Assembly: GCA_050951545.1 (NCBI GenBank)
Contig: JBMNJG010000007.1
Location: forward strand, 288,001 to 352,000
Source: Limnochordia bacterium
Lineage (GTDB): Bacteria > Bacillota > Limnochordia > DTU080
Direction: 5' to 3'
Length of the DNA: 64,000 bases
Shown: positions 27,715 to 36,845 of the stretch, piece by piece
Numbering within the stretch: position 1 is the stretch's first letter
Layout of the letters: each line of letters begins with the position of its first letter
Translations under genes and position numbers: made by a program
Notes under the pieces: generated by a model
The model's database searches: none
The model's input: the letters and a program-made list of their open reading frames with translations, nothing else
What the model was told of the DNA's origin: nothing

Positions 27715-28962
27715 CTATGGCTTGGCCTCCAGCAGAGCATTGATCTGTCGCGAGAGGTTCGCAACACCCGCAGCGACGGACACTTGCCCCGTCCGGATGC
27801 TAGTCCAGCCGCTGTTGAGGACGCCCTGCAGGTCAAAGGCCTCGGGCACTTTGCGTAGCGCCGGATACTCGGCGTAATTCATGGCCATCAGAAATACGTG
27901 GTAGTCGACGCCGTCACGCAGCTTCGACTGCAGATTGACGAAGTGCTGGCCCAAGCGCCGCAAGCCCGGAATTCTCCCCAGTGCCGTCGACCAGGTCTTG
28001 GCGGCCTCTAGCTCTGTGGTCATGAAACGGATGAACTTCCAGGCCTCCTCTTTGTGCGCGGAGTTCTGGCTCATGAAAAGACCGTTCGGATACAGAATTG
28101 TGCTACGTCTTGTGCCCATGGCTAGCGGAGCGAGATCCCAGTCGAAACCGAGTCTGGCATAGGTAGGAGTGGACCAACTGCCACTGTAGACCATGGCCGC
28201 CGTGGCACCATTGAACGACCCTCCGACGACGTTATGGACAAGATATGCGTCGGCCACTTTCTGCAGTGCTAGAATGGTGTTTGGCGTTTCAGCGAGTGAG
28301 CGGCGCGCCTGTGGATCGAGCCATTCGCCGCCCCACCAGGAGGGCCACATCCACATGTCTCCGAACCCGGCAACTCCAAAGCGTCGCGGGGTGCTATCAG
28401 GGCTATCGGTGAGTTTGGCAGCCGTTTCCATAAGGGTATCCCAGTTCCAGTGTTGGGCAGAAGGATCATGCGGTGGATGGGCTACGCCTGCCTCATCGAA
28501 GCGATCCGTGTTGTAATAGGTCACGAAGGTGGAGATCTCTGTTGGGACGGCGATCAGCTTACCGCCTATGACAAACGAGTTCCAGACGGGGGCGTAGAAG
28601 TCCGAGGCCGCTACACGGTCCCGAGCGACAAAAGGTGCCAGATCCGCAAATGGATTGGCGGGCACGAGGTTGATGAACTCACTGCCTAAGCGCATCACAT
28701 CGGGCATGACACCAGTTACGGCCATGATCTGCAGTTTCGTGACCACTTCTGCTGAGGAAACAGAGGTCACATCGACTTCTGCGTTGTTAGCCGCCTCGAA
28801 CTCGTCGATCAACGGTTGTAGTATCTCCATGGTTTCGGCACTCAGGTAATGCATGAAAGAGATCTTGGGCAGTTTCGTAGCTGGTGCCGCGTGACCTACT
28901 ACGCATACCAGGAGAATCGCTAGAGCTATGCATCCAACGACCTGAACACTTCTACGGGCCAT
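27715..28962 (-). CDS. ABC transporter sugar-type solute-binding protein
   Basis: Signal peptide; MPDV, AVP, YYNTDRFDEAG and AWKFIRF motifs. Confidence 0.9.
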   Translation of the reverse strand: MARRSVQVVGCIALAILLVCVVGHAAPATKLPKISFMHYLSAETMEILQPLIDEFEAANNAEVDVTSVSSAEVVTKLQIMAVTGVMPDVMRLGSEFINLVPANPFADLAPFVARDRVAASDFYAPVWNSFVIGGKLIAVPTEISTFVTYYNTDRFDEAGVAHPPHDPSAQHWNWDTLMETAAKLTDSPDSTPRRFGVAGFGDMWMWPSWWGGEWLDPQARRSLAETPNTILALQKVADAYLVHNVVGGSFNGATAAMVYSGSWSTPTYARLGFDWDLAPLAMGTRRSTILYPNGLFMSQNSAHKEEAWKFIRFMTTELEAAKTWSTALGRIPGLRRLGQHFVNLQSKLRDGVDYHVFLMAMNYAEYPALRKVPEAFDLQGVLNSGWTSIRTGQVSVAAGVANLSRQINALLEAKP

Positions 28963-29136
28963 CTGTTTCCCCCTTGATCTGCAGATGGACAATACCGTCA
29001 TTGTTCTGTAATTCGCTGCGGACAGAGACTTCCCCTTCTCAACTGTGTGACTCGATGCTGCACCAAAGGGAGCTACGAGCCATATCGTAAGCTTGGTGCA
29101 TGGTTGGTGCATACATGGAAGGGCGTGTGGGTTGAG

Positions 29137-29379
29137 ATGGTCAATCGGGCTCTATCCTCATTGGCCATAGGTGATGAGGCGGTCGTATGCGGAATTGAGG
29201 CTGATGTCGACACACGGTGGCGCATGCTAGATCTGGGTCTTGTTCCCGGTACCCGGGTCAAGGTCATCAGACGTAGCCCACTAGGTGATCCTGTTTTGTA
29301 CATGTTTAGGGGAACCGCCATGGCTCTCAGAAACTCGGATGCAGAGAGGGTACGGGTCACTCGTGTATGGGAGGTGTAG
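29137..29379 (+). CDS. feoA: Ferrous iron transport protein FeoA
   Basis: RMLDLGLVPGT.V.V.R.SPLGDP and ALR..DA motifs. Confidence 0.92.
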   Translation: MVNRALSSLAIGDEAVVCGIEADVDTRWRMLDLGLVPGTRVKVIRRSPLGDPVLYMFRGTAMALRNSDAERVRVTRVWEV

Positions 29380-29443
29380 CGCCTATGTTCCTCTCGTCGC
29401 GAGAGTGTACCAATGGCGAGAGCGATGCGGTGGTTCGCGCCGG

Positions 29444-30184
29444 ATGAAGGCGGGCAAGGATGATAGACTGCCAGTGGTCGCTTTGGCGGGGAATCCTAAC
29501 ACGGGAAAGACAACACTCTTTAACTGTCTGACGGGAATGCGGCAGCACACGGGAAACTGGCCAGGCAAGACGGTCTTACTCGCAGAAGGCGTGGCTCAGA
29601 GCCCTTTCGGGCATTTTCGGATCATCGATCTACCCGGCACTTACACGCTTCTCGCTGCCTCCGCAGAGGAGCGTGTCGCTCGTGACTTCATCTGCTTTGG
29701 CAAGCCAGACGCCACGATTGTCCTGGCTGATGCCACGGCTCTTCAGCGCAACTTGAGCTTGGTTCTGCAGGCGATGGAGATCACCAACCGGATTGTCGTC
29801 TGCGTGAACCTCATAGACGAGGCCTCATCGCAAAGGGCTGGCTGTGAATACTGCCGTGCACTGCAGCGATCGTTTGGGTGTACGCGTGGTGGCTACGAGC
29901 GCCCGTAGCGGAGCGGGAGTCGCCGATCTCATGAGGGCTGTGCGCGCTGTGGTCGACGGAGAAGGGAGCCTCGAACCGCGACAGATGGCCTACGGGGAGA
30001 AGATCGAGACGGCTATTCGCTGCGTGTGATGAGCCAGATCGATCCTATGCTAGCCGGTCACGTGAACAGCAGGTGGCTTGCTCTGCGACTCTTGGAGGGC
30101 GACCGAAGTGTTGTGGAGGCCCTACGGGAGTATCTGGCTGAACAAGGCGTTTCCCAGGCAGATGCACCCATGGCCTGGGGATGA
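29444..30184 (+). pseudogene. feoB: FeoB cytosolic GTPase domain only, with apparent frameshifts
   Basis: GNPNTGKT, GNWPGKT, DLPG and NLIDE in the first frame; VATSA in a second frame after about 29826; RWLALRLLEGD in a third frame after about 30021, with stop at 30184; no TM domain. Confidence 0.75.
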
Positions 30185-30626
30185 TCAAGCGAGCGTCACC
30201 CCACTCATGGAACCGTACGGCTGTCGGAGTGCTTTGACCGCTATTCCTCGTTCTTGAACCATTCCTACAGGGTCGCTCGTGCCCGCCGTCTGAATGCACC
30301 CCCCGGAGAGGAGCGTTCACTGGTATCCGCCCCAAGCGCTGGCTCTACCGCAGGCTGGGGCGGTGGCAAAAGAGGGCGGTTTCGGTCTTTGCTTCCGTCT
30401 GTAACCGCCCTCGGAGCTGCCTCTTCCACCTAGAAACCTTGCTCCACCACAAAAAACTCGCTCTGGCCCGATAGAGGGGATCGGTCTCTTACTGAGATCA
30501 GCTATATCGCTCAGACCTGCGCGGATGAAGGGGGCCAGGCCCGAGGCCATCACATATCACGAATCCCAGTGTGGACTCCCGGGAGGTACTGCCCCCCGGC
30601 CCCTTTGTTGCCAGATTGCCAGTGAT

Positions 30627-31307
30627 CTACTTCTTTTCTCTCCTGAAGCACATGAACCAATCAAGGCAGTAGTAGTCATCGTTCTGTCTGTCAACGCGCT
30701 CTTGAGCTGTGCCGCACGAGCCAGGAGGAGGCACGATCACATCATCGCCAGGTCTCCAGTCAGCAGGGGTAGCGATGCCTTCAGCGTCTGCCTTCTGTAG
30801 GGCGATGACGATTCGCTTGAGTTCGTCGAAATTCCGGCCAGTGGATAGTGGGTAGTAGAGGATGCAGCGCACTTTGGCCTTGTCGTCGATGATGAAGACT
30901 GCCCGAACAGCCTGCGTGGTTGAAGCGTTGGGCTGAATCATCCCGTACTTGTTCGCCACTTCCATCTTGATGTCATCGATGAGTGGGAAGGTGACCTCGA
31001 CATCCTTCATGCCTCTAAACTCGATTTTCTCTTTGATAGTGCGCAGCCACGCGATGTGTGAATAGAGGCTGTCCACAGAGAGGCCGATGAGCTCTACGTT
31101 TAGATCACGGAACTCCTGTTGCATGGTCGCGAACGTCATGAACTCAGTGGTACAGACTGGAGTGAAATCAGCGGGGTGGCTGAAAAGGATCACCCATTTG
31201 CCCTTGTAGTCTTCCGGAAAGCTGATATCGCCCTGTGTTGTCTTGGCCTTGAAGGCCGGTGCATCGTCGCCAATAAGAGGCATACGGTTCGCCACGATTT
31301 CCTCCAT
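30627..31307 (-). CDS. Peroxiredoxin (Prx6/archaeal-type)
   Basis: HPADFTPVCTTE, GRN, ATPADW and C-terminal C.DW..C motifs. Confidence 0.93.
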   Translation of the reverse strand: MEEIVANRMPLIGDDAPAFKAKTTQGDISFPEDYKGKWVILFSHPADFTPVCTTEFMTFATMQQEFRDLNVELIGLSVDSLYSHIAWLRTIKEKIEFRGMKDVEVTFPLIDDIKMEVANKYGMIQPNASTTQAVRAVFIIDDKAKVRCILYYPLSTGRNFDELKRIVIALQKADAEGIATPADWRPGDDVIVPPPGSCGTAQERVDRQNDDYYCLDWFMCFRREKK

Positions 31308-31345
31308 GGAAGCATCCTCCCTATGCATTGGTGCATAGTCAGTAG

Positions 31346-31370
31346 GTTCTACGCCCCAGTATGGATTCCT
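31346..31370 (-). promoter_or_regulatory. Sigma-H-like promoter (AGGA-N17-GAAC)
   Basis: About 40 bp upstream of the peroxiredoxin start. Confidence 0.55.
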
Positions 31371-31460
31371 ACCTGATAAAGAAAACTGTGTGTAACTTTT
31401 TTGTTGCTGGTGCTCTTACCGCTCTCGAAGGAGGCACTAGATCTAGCGCTCAACAGTTGC

Positions 31461-32003
31461 CTATGGCCGTGGCTTGAGGGCCAGCGAATGTAGGATCTCC
31501 GGCCAGAGTGCTTGGATCTCCGGCGTGTCAAGCTCAGGTTCGAAGCCAAGAGAGAGATAGAGCTTGATAGCGGCCAAGCGCTGGGATGTAGTGCTGAGCA
31601 CACAGGCTTGCATCTGCAGTTGTGCAAAGAAGTGCATCACAGAAAGAGACACTGCCCGACCCAGCCCCAGGTGGCGATGCTCGGGATGCGTAGCCACCAT
31701 GTGCAGAATGCCGACGTGCGGGCCGTATTCTTTCAGGACCCACCAAGCGCATGCCGTGGCCACTGGCAGGTCGTCGTGAACGGCGAAAAAGAGCCCATCG
31801 GGGCGAAAAACTGGCTTGTCACGCATCTCGGCGTAGAAACGTTCAACGGTCCACTGGCCGACTTGCCCGCTCATGACGCTACACCAGGCCGCAGCGTCGC
31901 CGTCGCGGTAGGTGCGAATACTGTAGCCAGGGGGGGTGATTACGGCAGGGAGATTGCTTAAGTTGCTGAGGCGCATGGCGAAGCGTACGGGATCAGAGGC
32001 CAT
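31461..32003 (-). CDS. GNAT family N-acetyltransferase, paralog of 22363-22908
   Basis: PVATAC, P..RHLGLGR and RLAAIKLYLSLGF.P motifs shared with the other GNAT. Confidence 0.88.
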   Translation of the reverse strand: MASDPVRFAMRLSNLSNLPAVITPPGYSIRTYRDGDAAAWCSVMSGQVGQWTVERFYAEMRDKPVFRPDGLFFAVHDDLPVATACAWWVLKEYGPHVGILHMVATHPEHRHLGLGRAVSLSVMHFFAQLQMQACVLSTTSQRLAAIKLYLSLGFEPELDTPEIQALWPEILHSLALKPRP

Positions 32004-32164
32004 CACGATCACCTTCTGTATCGGTTTTGCACAAAGAGTTCGGGGTGCCCGTGATGCTAACCTGCTGGATGGATGTTGGGCGCGTTCGTGGAGCCTATTC
32101 AAAGGTGCCCGATGCGTGGTAATAATGAAATAAGAAGGTGTGAACCTTGCAAAGAAGAAAAATC

Positions 32165-32204
32165 ATAGTGACATCACGTTGCAAAAGGGCGTTGATGTGA
32201 CTAT
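32165..32204. promoter_or_regulatory. Inverted repeat abutting the RBS (operator or RNA hairpin)
   Basis: ATAGTGACATCA-N16-TGATGTGACTAT, 11/12 complementary. Confidence 0.45.
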
Positions 32205-32219
32205 CGGGAGGTGTTCTGA

Positions 32220-33503
32220 TTGCGGCGTGTATTGATTGTACTCTTACTGCTATGCGTCTTAGGTACTGCGGGCAACACTCAGGCGGCAGGCGTGTCCGCA
32301 GCCAAGCGTGAAGTAGTCGTGTGGATGTGGACAGCTCATGTGACTGATCTTTACAACACCTGGCGTGAGAAAATCACTGCTTGGTTTGAGGAGGATCATC
32401 CGGAAGCTACTCTGAAGTTTGAGTTCGTGCCCAACTCGCCAGATAAGCTGCTCACAGCCGCAGCCAGTGGGGTGGTGCCCGATGCAAGCTTGGCGTCCAT
32501 CAACTACGCCCGTGATCTGTACGAGGCCGGAGCACTCACCGACCTTGACCGCTATGTAGCCGACACTCCGCATCTGACGGAGGAAAACTTCATGCCAGCC
32601 TCCTGGATATTCTGCCAGAAAGACGGCCACACGTTTGGCATACCCTGGGGATTGGAGGTTGCGGCAGTACTGTATAACCGCGAACACGTGGCAGAGGCGG
32701 GTCTTGACGAGCGTCCCGAGGCTCTGAAGACCTGGGATCATCTCGTCCGGCATGCCCAGCGACTGCGGCAGATCGGTGCGGACGGTAGGATTACTCGTAG
32801 CGGGTATGTCTCCTCCTTCAACCGGGTGACGTTCGCCAGCTACCTCTACTCTAACGGAGGCGAATTCTACAATGCTTCCGGTTCGCAGGTGGCCTTCAAC
32901 ACCGAGCAGGGAACCCAGGCCTTGCAGTTCATGTACGACTTGGACAAGCGATATGATATTAAGGCTCCAGGAGCAGGTACGGCCACCTTGCCTAACAGAA
33001 TGTCATCCATGGTGTACTGGGAGACCTCCGCGATGAACTGGGGCATTGAGCCAACAGCCCCGGATTTCGCTCAGTGGCTGCGGATGGCCCCTATTCCTGT
33101 CGGGCCACAGGGAACCACGCCCAGCGGAGTGGGTTGGGGCAACATGTTCGTGATTCCTCGAGGTGCGAAGAATCCAGAACTGGGCTGGGCAGTGATTTCT
33201 GTGTGGATGCGCCCGCAAGTCCAGGTGGAGAGTTTCATACACTACGGATCGGTGAAGGCTAGTTCGTCCCGGCGTGACTTCTACAGCAGCCCCACCTTCG
33301 CTCGCGCGATGCGATCGATGCCGCTTTTGGCGAGTATTCCTACTATCTTGACCTACGCCAAGCCGTACCCCTACATCCGCTTCCCTGAGATCAACAGACA
33401 GATGGCGCCGTTGTTCTCGCAGGTCTTGGCAGGCACGATGGCTCCAGCTACCGCGTTAGCTGAGTCTGAACGCATTGCCAACATCGTACTAGCCGCGGAA
33501 TAG
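32220..33503 (+). CDS. ABC transporter sugar-type solute-binding protein
   Basis: Signal peptide; VPD, FGIPW, LYNRE..AEAG and TWD motifs; GGGAGG RBS. Confidence 0.9.
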   Translation: MRRVLIVLLLLCVLGTAGNTQAAGVSAAKREVVVWMWTAHVTDLYNTWREKITAWFEEDHPEATLKFEFVPNSPDKLLTAAASGVVPDASLASINYARDLYEAGALTDLDRYVADTPHLTEENFMPASWIFCQKDGHTFGIPWGLEVAAVLYNREHVAEAGLDERPEALKTWDHLVRHAQRLRQIGADGRITRSGYVSSFNRVTFASYLYSNGGEFYNASGSQVAFNTEQGTQALQFMYDLDKRYDIKAPGAGTATLPNRMSSMVYWETSAMNWGIEPTAPDFAQWLRMAPIPVGPQGTTPSGVGWGNMFVIPRGAKNPELGWAVISVWMRPQVQVESFIHYGSVKASSSRRDFYSSPTFARAMRSMPLLASIPTILTYAKPYPYIRFPEINRQMAPLFSQVLAGTMAPATALAESERIANIVLAAE

Positions 33504-33529
33504 CAAACGTTTGATGGTCTAGTGATCTA

Positions 33530-33575
33530 CCCCGGGGAGAGCTAGCGCCCTTGACATGGCTCCCCGGGGCCTTTT
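33530..33575 (+). terminator. Probable terminator
   Basis: CCCCGGGGAG...CTCCCCGGGG followed by CCTTTT. Confidence 0.5.
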
Positions 33576-33643
33576 CGCGCTCGAGATAGGCACCCTGCGC
33601 CTCGGTGGCGACTGTTCTGCAGGCACATTGGCAGGGAATGGGA

Positions 33644-33668
33644 AGGAGGTTTCGCCTGCGGACGGAAC
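33644..33668 (+). promoter_or_regulatory. Sigma-H-like promoter (AGGA-N17-GAAC)
   Basis: About 50 bp upstream of the ATG at 33721. Confidence 0.55.
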
Positions 33669-33720
33669 AGAAGGATGGAGCCCATCGCTAGAGGGCGATG
33701 TAATATGAGGAGGATTCTAG

Positions 33721-34572
33721 ATGAGACTTGTCGGCTTGACCCTGCCCTATTCGAGGTATCCATTTGACCGAGCTCTGGAAGGTATCGCGCGCGCGGGTTA
33801 CAAGTTCGTGGGTTTTGGCTACAACCATGCTGGAAGCCCGGTGCTGGCCCCAGATGCCTCAGAGCAGCAACTGGACGAGCTGGCCAAGCAGTTTGCTGCA
33901 CATGGTCTGACGCCCGGTCTGTTGTGGGCAGGTGTCAGGGTTATGGGAGATGACGGGGTACAGCTGATGAAGCGGCGGTTGGACATGGCTCGCCATCTTG
34001 GCATCAAGGTGGTTACAAGTTCGGGCTTCGATGTGGAGATCTCACCGGATGTACCGCTGTCAGACCCGGCAACGCCGGAGCCGCATCGTGAGTACGTACG
34101 CCGCATGCAACAGGTGGGTGACTATGCGGCTGAGCAGGGGCGCACGGTGATTATCAAGCCTCACGGTGGCAACACCGGAACCGCGGCCAGGCTTCTAAAG
34201 ACGCTTCGAGACATCAATCGGCCGACAGTGCAGGCCTATTACGATCCAGGGAACGTCCACTTTTATGAAGGCATAGATCCGGCCGCAGATATTCGGCTTC
34301 TGGAAGACTCCATGCCCGCACTGTGTGCCAAGGATCATCGCGGTGCAGCACGTGAGATGGACTTTCCCGTGCCTGGAGAAGGCGATGTCGATTTCGCTGC
34401 CGTCTTTGCGCACTTGCTCGAGACAGGCTTTGACGGATGGGTCAGCGTGGAGCGTGTCGATGTAACCGATCGGGGGCCCATCGCTCCTGAGGTGTTGGAT
34501 GAGCGCATGGCGAGGGCGCGTAAGAACCTGTCGGCTCTAGCGAAGGGCGCCGGTTTCCAGCAAGTGGAGTAG
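33721..34572 (+). CDS. Sugar phosphate isomerase/epimerase (xylose isomerase-like TIM barrel)
   Basis: KPHGG, YDPGN, AKD, PGEGDVDF and SVE motifs; GAGGAGG RBS. Confidence 0.85.
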   Translation: MRLVGLTLPYSRYPFDRALEGIARAGYKFVGFGYNHAGSPVLAPDASEQQLDELAKQFAAHGLTPGLLWAGVRVMGDDGVQLMKRRLDMARHLGIKVVTSSGFDVEISPDVPLSDPATPEPHREYVRRMQQVGDYAAEQGRTVIIKPHGGNTGTAARLLKTLRDINRPTVQAYYDPGNVHFYEGIDPAADIRLLEDSMPALCAKDHRGAAREMDFPVPGEGDVDFAAVFAHLLETGFDGWVSVERVDVTDRGPIAPEVLDERMARARKNLSALAKGAGFQQVE

Positions 34573-34670
34573 GAGGCAGTTTTCATCACAGTACGCGTGT
34601 CGGCGGCCAACCAAGCGCGGATCGCTGATTGGTATCCGTAACACGATTATCTGAGGAGTGTGATGCTGAA

Positions 34671-35690
34671 TTGGCAGGTGACCAGAGACTAAGGGTAGCC
34701 ATTATCGGGTGTGGAGGTGTTGCCAGGGCCCACGCGACCGCCCTGGCGAGTGTTCCGGAGACGGAGCTGGTGATCACGGTGGATCTCGATAAGGAGCGGG
34801 CCAAAGAGACTGCGCAGCTCGTAGGAACCGAGGTGCGGTGGTCGCAGGACGCGGATGCCGTGCTAGCGGATCCCAACGTAGATGCGGTAGCCGTGCTACT
34901 ACCCAATCATCTCCATGCGCCCATTACCCTCGGTGCCTTGCGTCAGGGAAAGCATGTTTTGGTAGAGAAGCCGATGGCTCTGACATTGGCGGATTGTGCA
35001 GCCATGATTCAGGAGGCGGAAAGACAAGGTCTTCATCTGGCTGTAGGGCAAGTGCTGCGTTTCCGCAATGCACTGGTGTTCGGGCGACAGGTTGTTGCTG
35101 GTGGCGAACTCGGACAGCCTGTCAGCTCTGTTCGACGCCGCTACGCTAGGCGTGGTTCGGCAACCCAGCGCCCTTGGGATTTTGACACGAAGACCTCGGG
35201 TGGTCTTCTCTATGGGAACGGGTCCCATGAGATGGACGCGCTTCTGTGGATGGTAGGGGCCCGCCCCGTGGACGTGTATGCCCACGGGGGTTTTCTTGCT
35301 GGAGAGGATAGGAGTCGTGGACCTACTGAGCTGACAGTCGTGGTCTCCACAGACCAAGGCGGATCTCTTACGCTGCTGATGAGTCGGGGCATGAGTCAGG
35401 GTGCATGGGATCATTGGGTGGTTGGCACCGAAGGCGATCTGTATCTCGCTGGCAATAAGGTAACAGTCAATGGTACCTCTCATGACCGACCTCTGCAATC
35501 AAATGAGGACTTTTATAACGAATGGGATGACCTAGCTAGTGCCATTCGGGAGAATCGTCCTTCGGCCGCCGATGCTCGTTCCGTCTGGGGCACCATGGTC
35601 GCTTTGGAGTGCGCGAAGCTTTCCATTCAGGGTGGTCGTCAGGTGAGAGCAGCGGAAGTGGACTCATGGGAGCTGTACAAACGTAAGTGA
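34671..35690 (+). CDS. Gfo/Idh/MocA family oxidoreductase
   Basis: IGCGGVA, VEKP and SGG..YGNGSHEMD motifs. Confidence 0.9.
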   Translation: MAGDQRLRVAIIGCGGVARAHATALASVPETELVITVDLDKERAKETAQLVGTEVRWSQDADAVLADPNVDAVAVLLPNHLHAPITLGALRQGKHVLVEKPMALTLADCAAMIQEAERQGLHLAVGQVLRFRNALVFGRQVVAGGELGQPVSSVRRRYARRGSATQRPWDFDTKTSGGLLYGNGSHEMDALLWMVGARPVDVYAHGGFLAGEDRSRGPTELTVVVSTDQGGSLTLLMSRGMSQGAWDHWVVGTEGDLYLAGNKVTVNGTSHDRPLQSNEDFYNEWDDLASAIRENRPSAADARSVWGTMVALECAKLSIQGGRQVRAAEVDSWELYKRK

Positions 35691-35709
35691 ATGCCACAGA
35701 GGAGGGCGT

Positions 35710-36720
35710 ATGATGCTGAATGTGGCTATACAGGGGGCAGGGAATGTCTCCACGGAACACATTAAGGCTTATCAGAACAACCCACACACGCGTGTGGTGG
35801 CCATCGGGAGTAGAACCCTGGAGGGTGCGAAAAAGAAGGCTGCAGCCACGGGTGTGGATTGCGCCGTGTACGACAACTATGAGGAACTGCTTAAGCACCC
35901 CGGGCTAGACATCATCTCCATATGTACGCCACCCCATCTCCACGCCCAGGAGTGCATTCGAGCTGCGGAATCCGGGATTCATGTGTTGGTTGAGAAGCCT
36001 GTTGCTCTTAACCAAGAAGACGTGGAGGCTATGGCTGCCGCCGTGCGCAAGGCGGGTGTGAAAAGCGCAGTGGGGTTCGTGCTGCGATGGAACCCGCTGA
36101 TCCTCACGATCAAGAAGGCGGTCAGCGATGGTTGGGTGGGCCGGCCGCTCCTGGTGCAGGCAGACTATTGGCATGGCCCGCAAAACCTGCGTCCAGCGGG
36201 CGTTCAACGCAGTTGGGAGGTTTTGGCTGGCGGGGCGATGGTGCAGGGCGGTTGTCACGCGATGGATGCGGCCCGCTATGTGTTGGGCAACGAGCGCATC
36301 GCTCGGGTGAGTGCCGTCTGCCCGGAAGCCGAGACAAAGGCGGCCAAGCAGCAAACGACTGTGTCAACAGTCACTTTTGCTGGCGGGGCCGTAGGGAAGG
36401 TTTCAGCTGGGCAACGCTTCTATATGCCTTATGTGTTCAACATCGAGGTCTTTGGCGATGAAGGGAGCATTCGCAACAACCGCTTCTACTCTAAGCAGTG
36501 GCCTGGTCAACATGACTTTCTTACCTTGCCGACCATCGTGCCCGAGAGCGGAGATGTAGATCATCATCCCTTCCGGGGGCTTATCGACCATCTCGTCGAA
36601 TGCATCCAGACAGATACGGAGTCGCACAACAGCCTGGAGGTTGCAGTCAATACACACGCCGCATGCTTCGCAGCTGAACACTCAGCTGCCCATGGCTCAG
36701 TGCCAGTGACGCTTTCTTAG
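35710..36720 (+). CDS. Gfo/Idh/MocA family oxidoreductase
   Basis: GAGNVS, VEKP and GGCHAMD motifs; close paralog of 57806-58834. Confidence 0.9.
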   Translation: MMLNVAIQGAGNVSTEHIKAYQNNPHTRVVAIGSRTLEGAKKKAAATGVDCAVYDNYEELLKHPGLDIISICTPPHLHAQECIRAAESGIHVLVEKPVALNQEDVEAMAAAVRKAGVKSAVGFVLRWNPLILTIKKAVSDGWVGRPLLVQADYWHGPQNLRPAGVQRSWEVLAGGAMVQGGCHAMDAARYVLGNERIARVSAVCPEAETKAAKQQTTVSTVTFAGGAVGKVSAGQRFYMPYVFNIEVFGDEGSIRNNRFYSKQWPGQHDFLTLPTIVPESGDVDHHPFRGLIDHLVECIQTDTESHNSLEVAVNTHAACFAAEHSAAHGSVPVTLS

Positions 36721-36779
36721 GCGGTAGGAGAAGCGGAAACTAGCGGAGTGATCAGATGAAGGCTGGCTCAGCGAAGGGA

Positions 36780-36810
36780 TGGCCGTCCGGGGGTCTTGCC
36801 CGGGCGGCCA
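36780..36810. terminator. Hairpin between convergent operons
   Basis: TGGCCGTCCGGG...CCCGGGCGGCCA. Confidence 0.6.
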
Positions 36811-36845
36811 CCTGTTCTTCATGGAAGTGAACGACAGCTGCGGTG

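Noticed and set aside
29444-30184. Programmed ribosomal frameshifting in feoB
   Set aside because: Several shifts would be required and no slippery heptamer is present; sequencing error or decay is simpler
30441-30450. CTCCACCA resembling a tRNA/tmRNA 3' end or att site
   Set aside because: No preceding T-arm (GTTCRA) or matching acceptor stem
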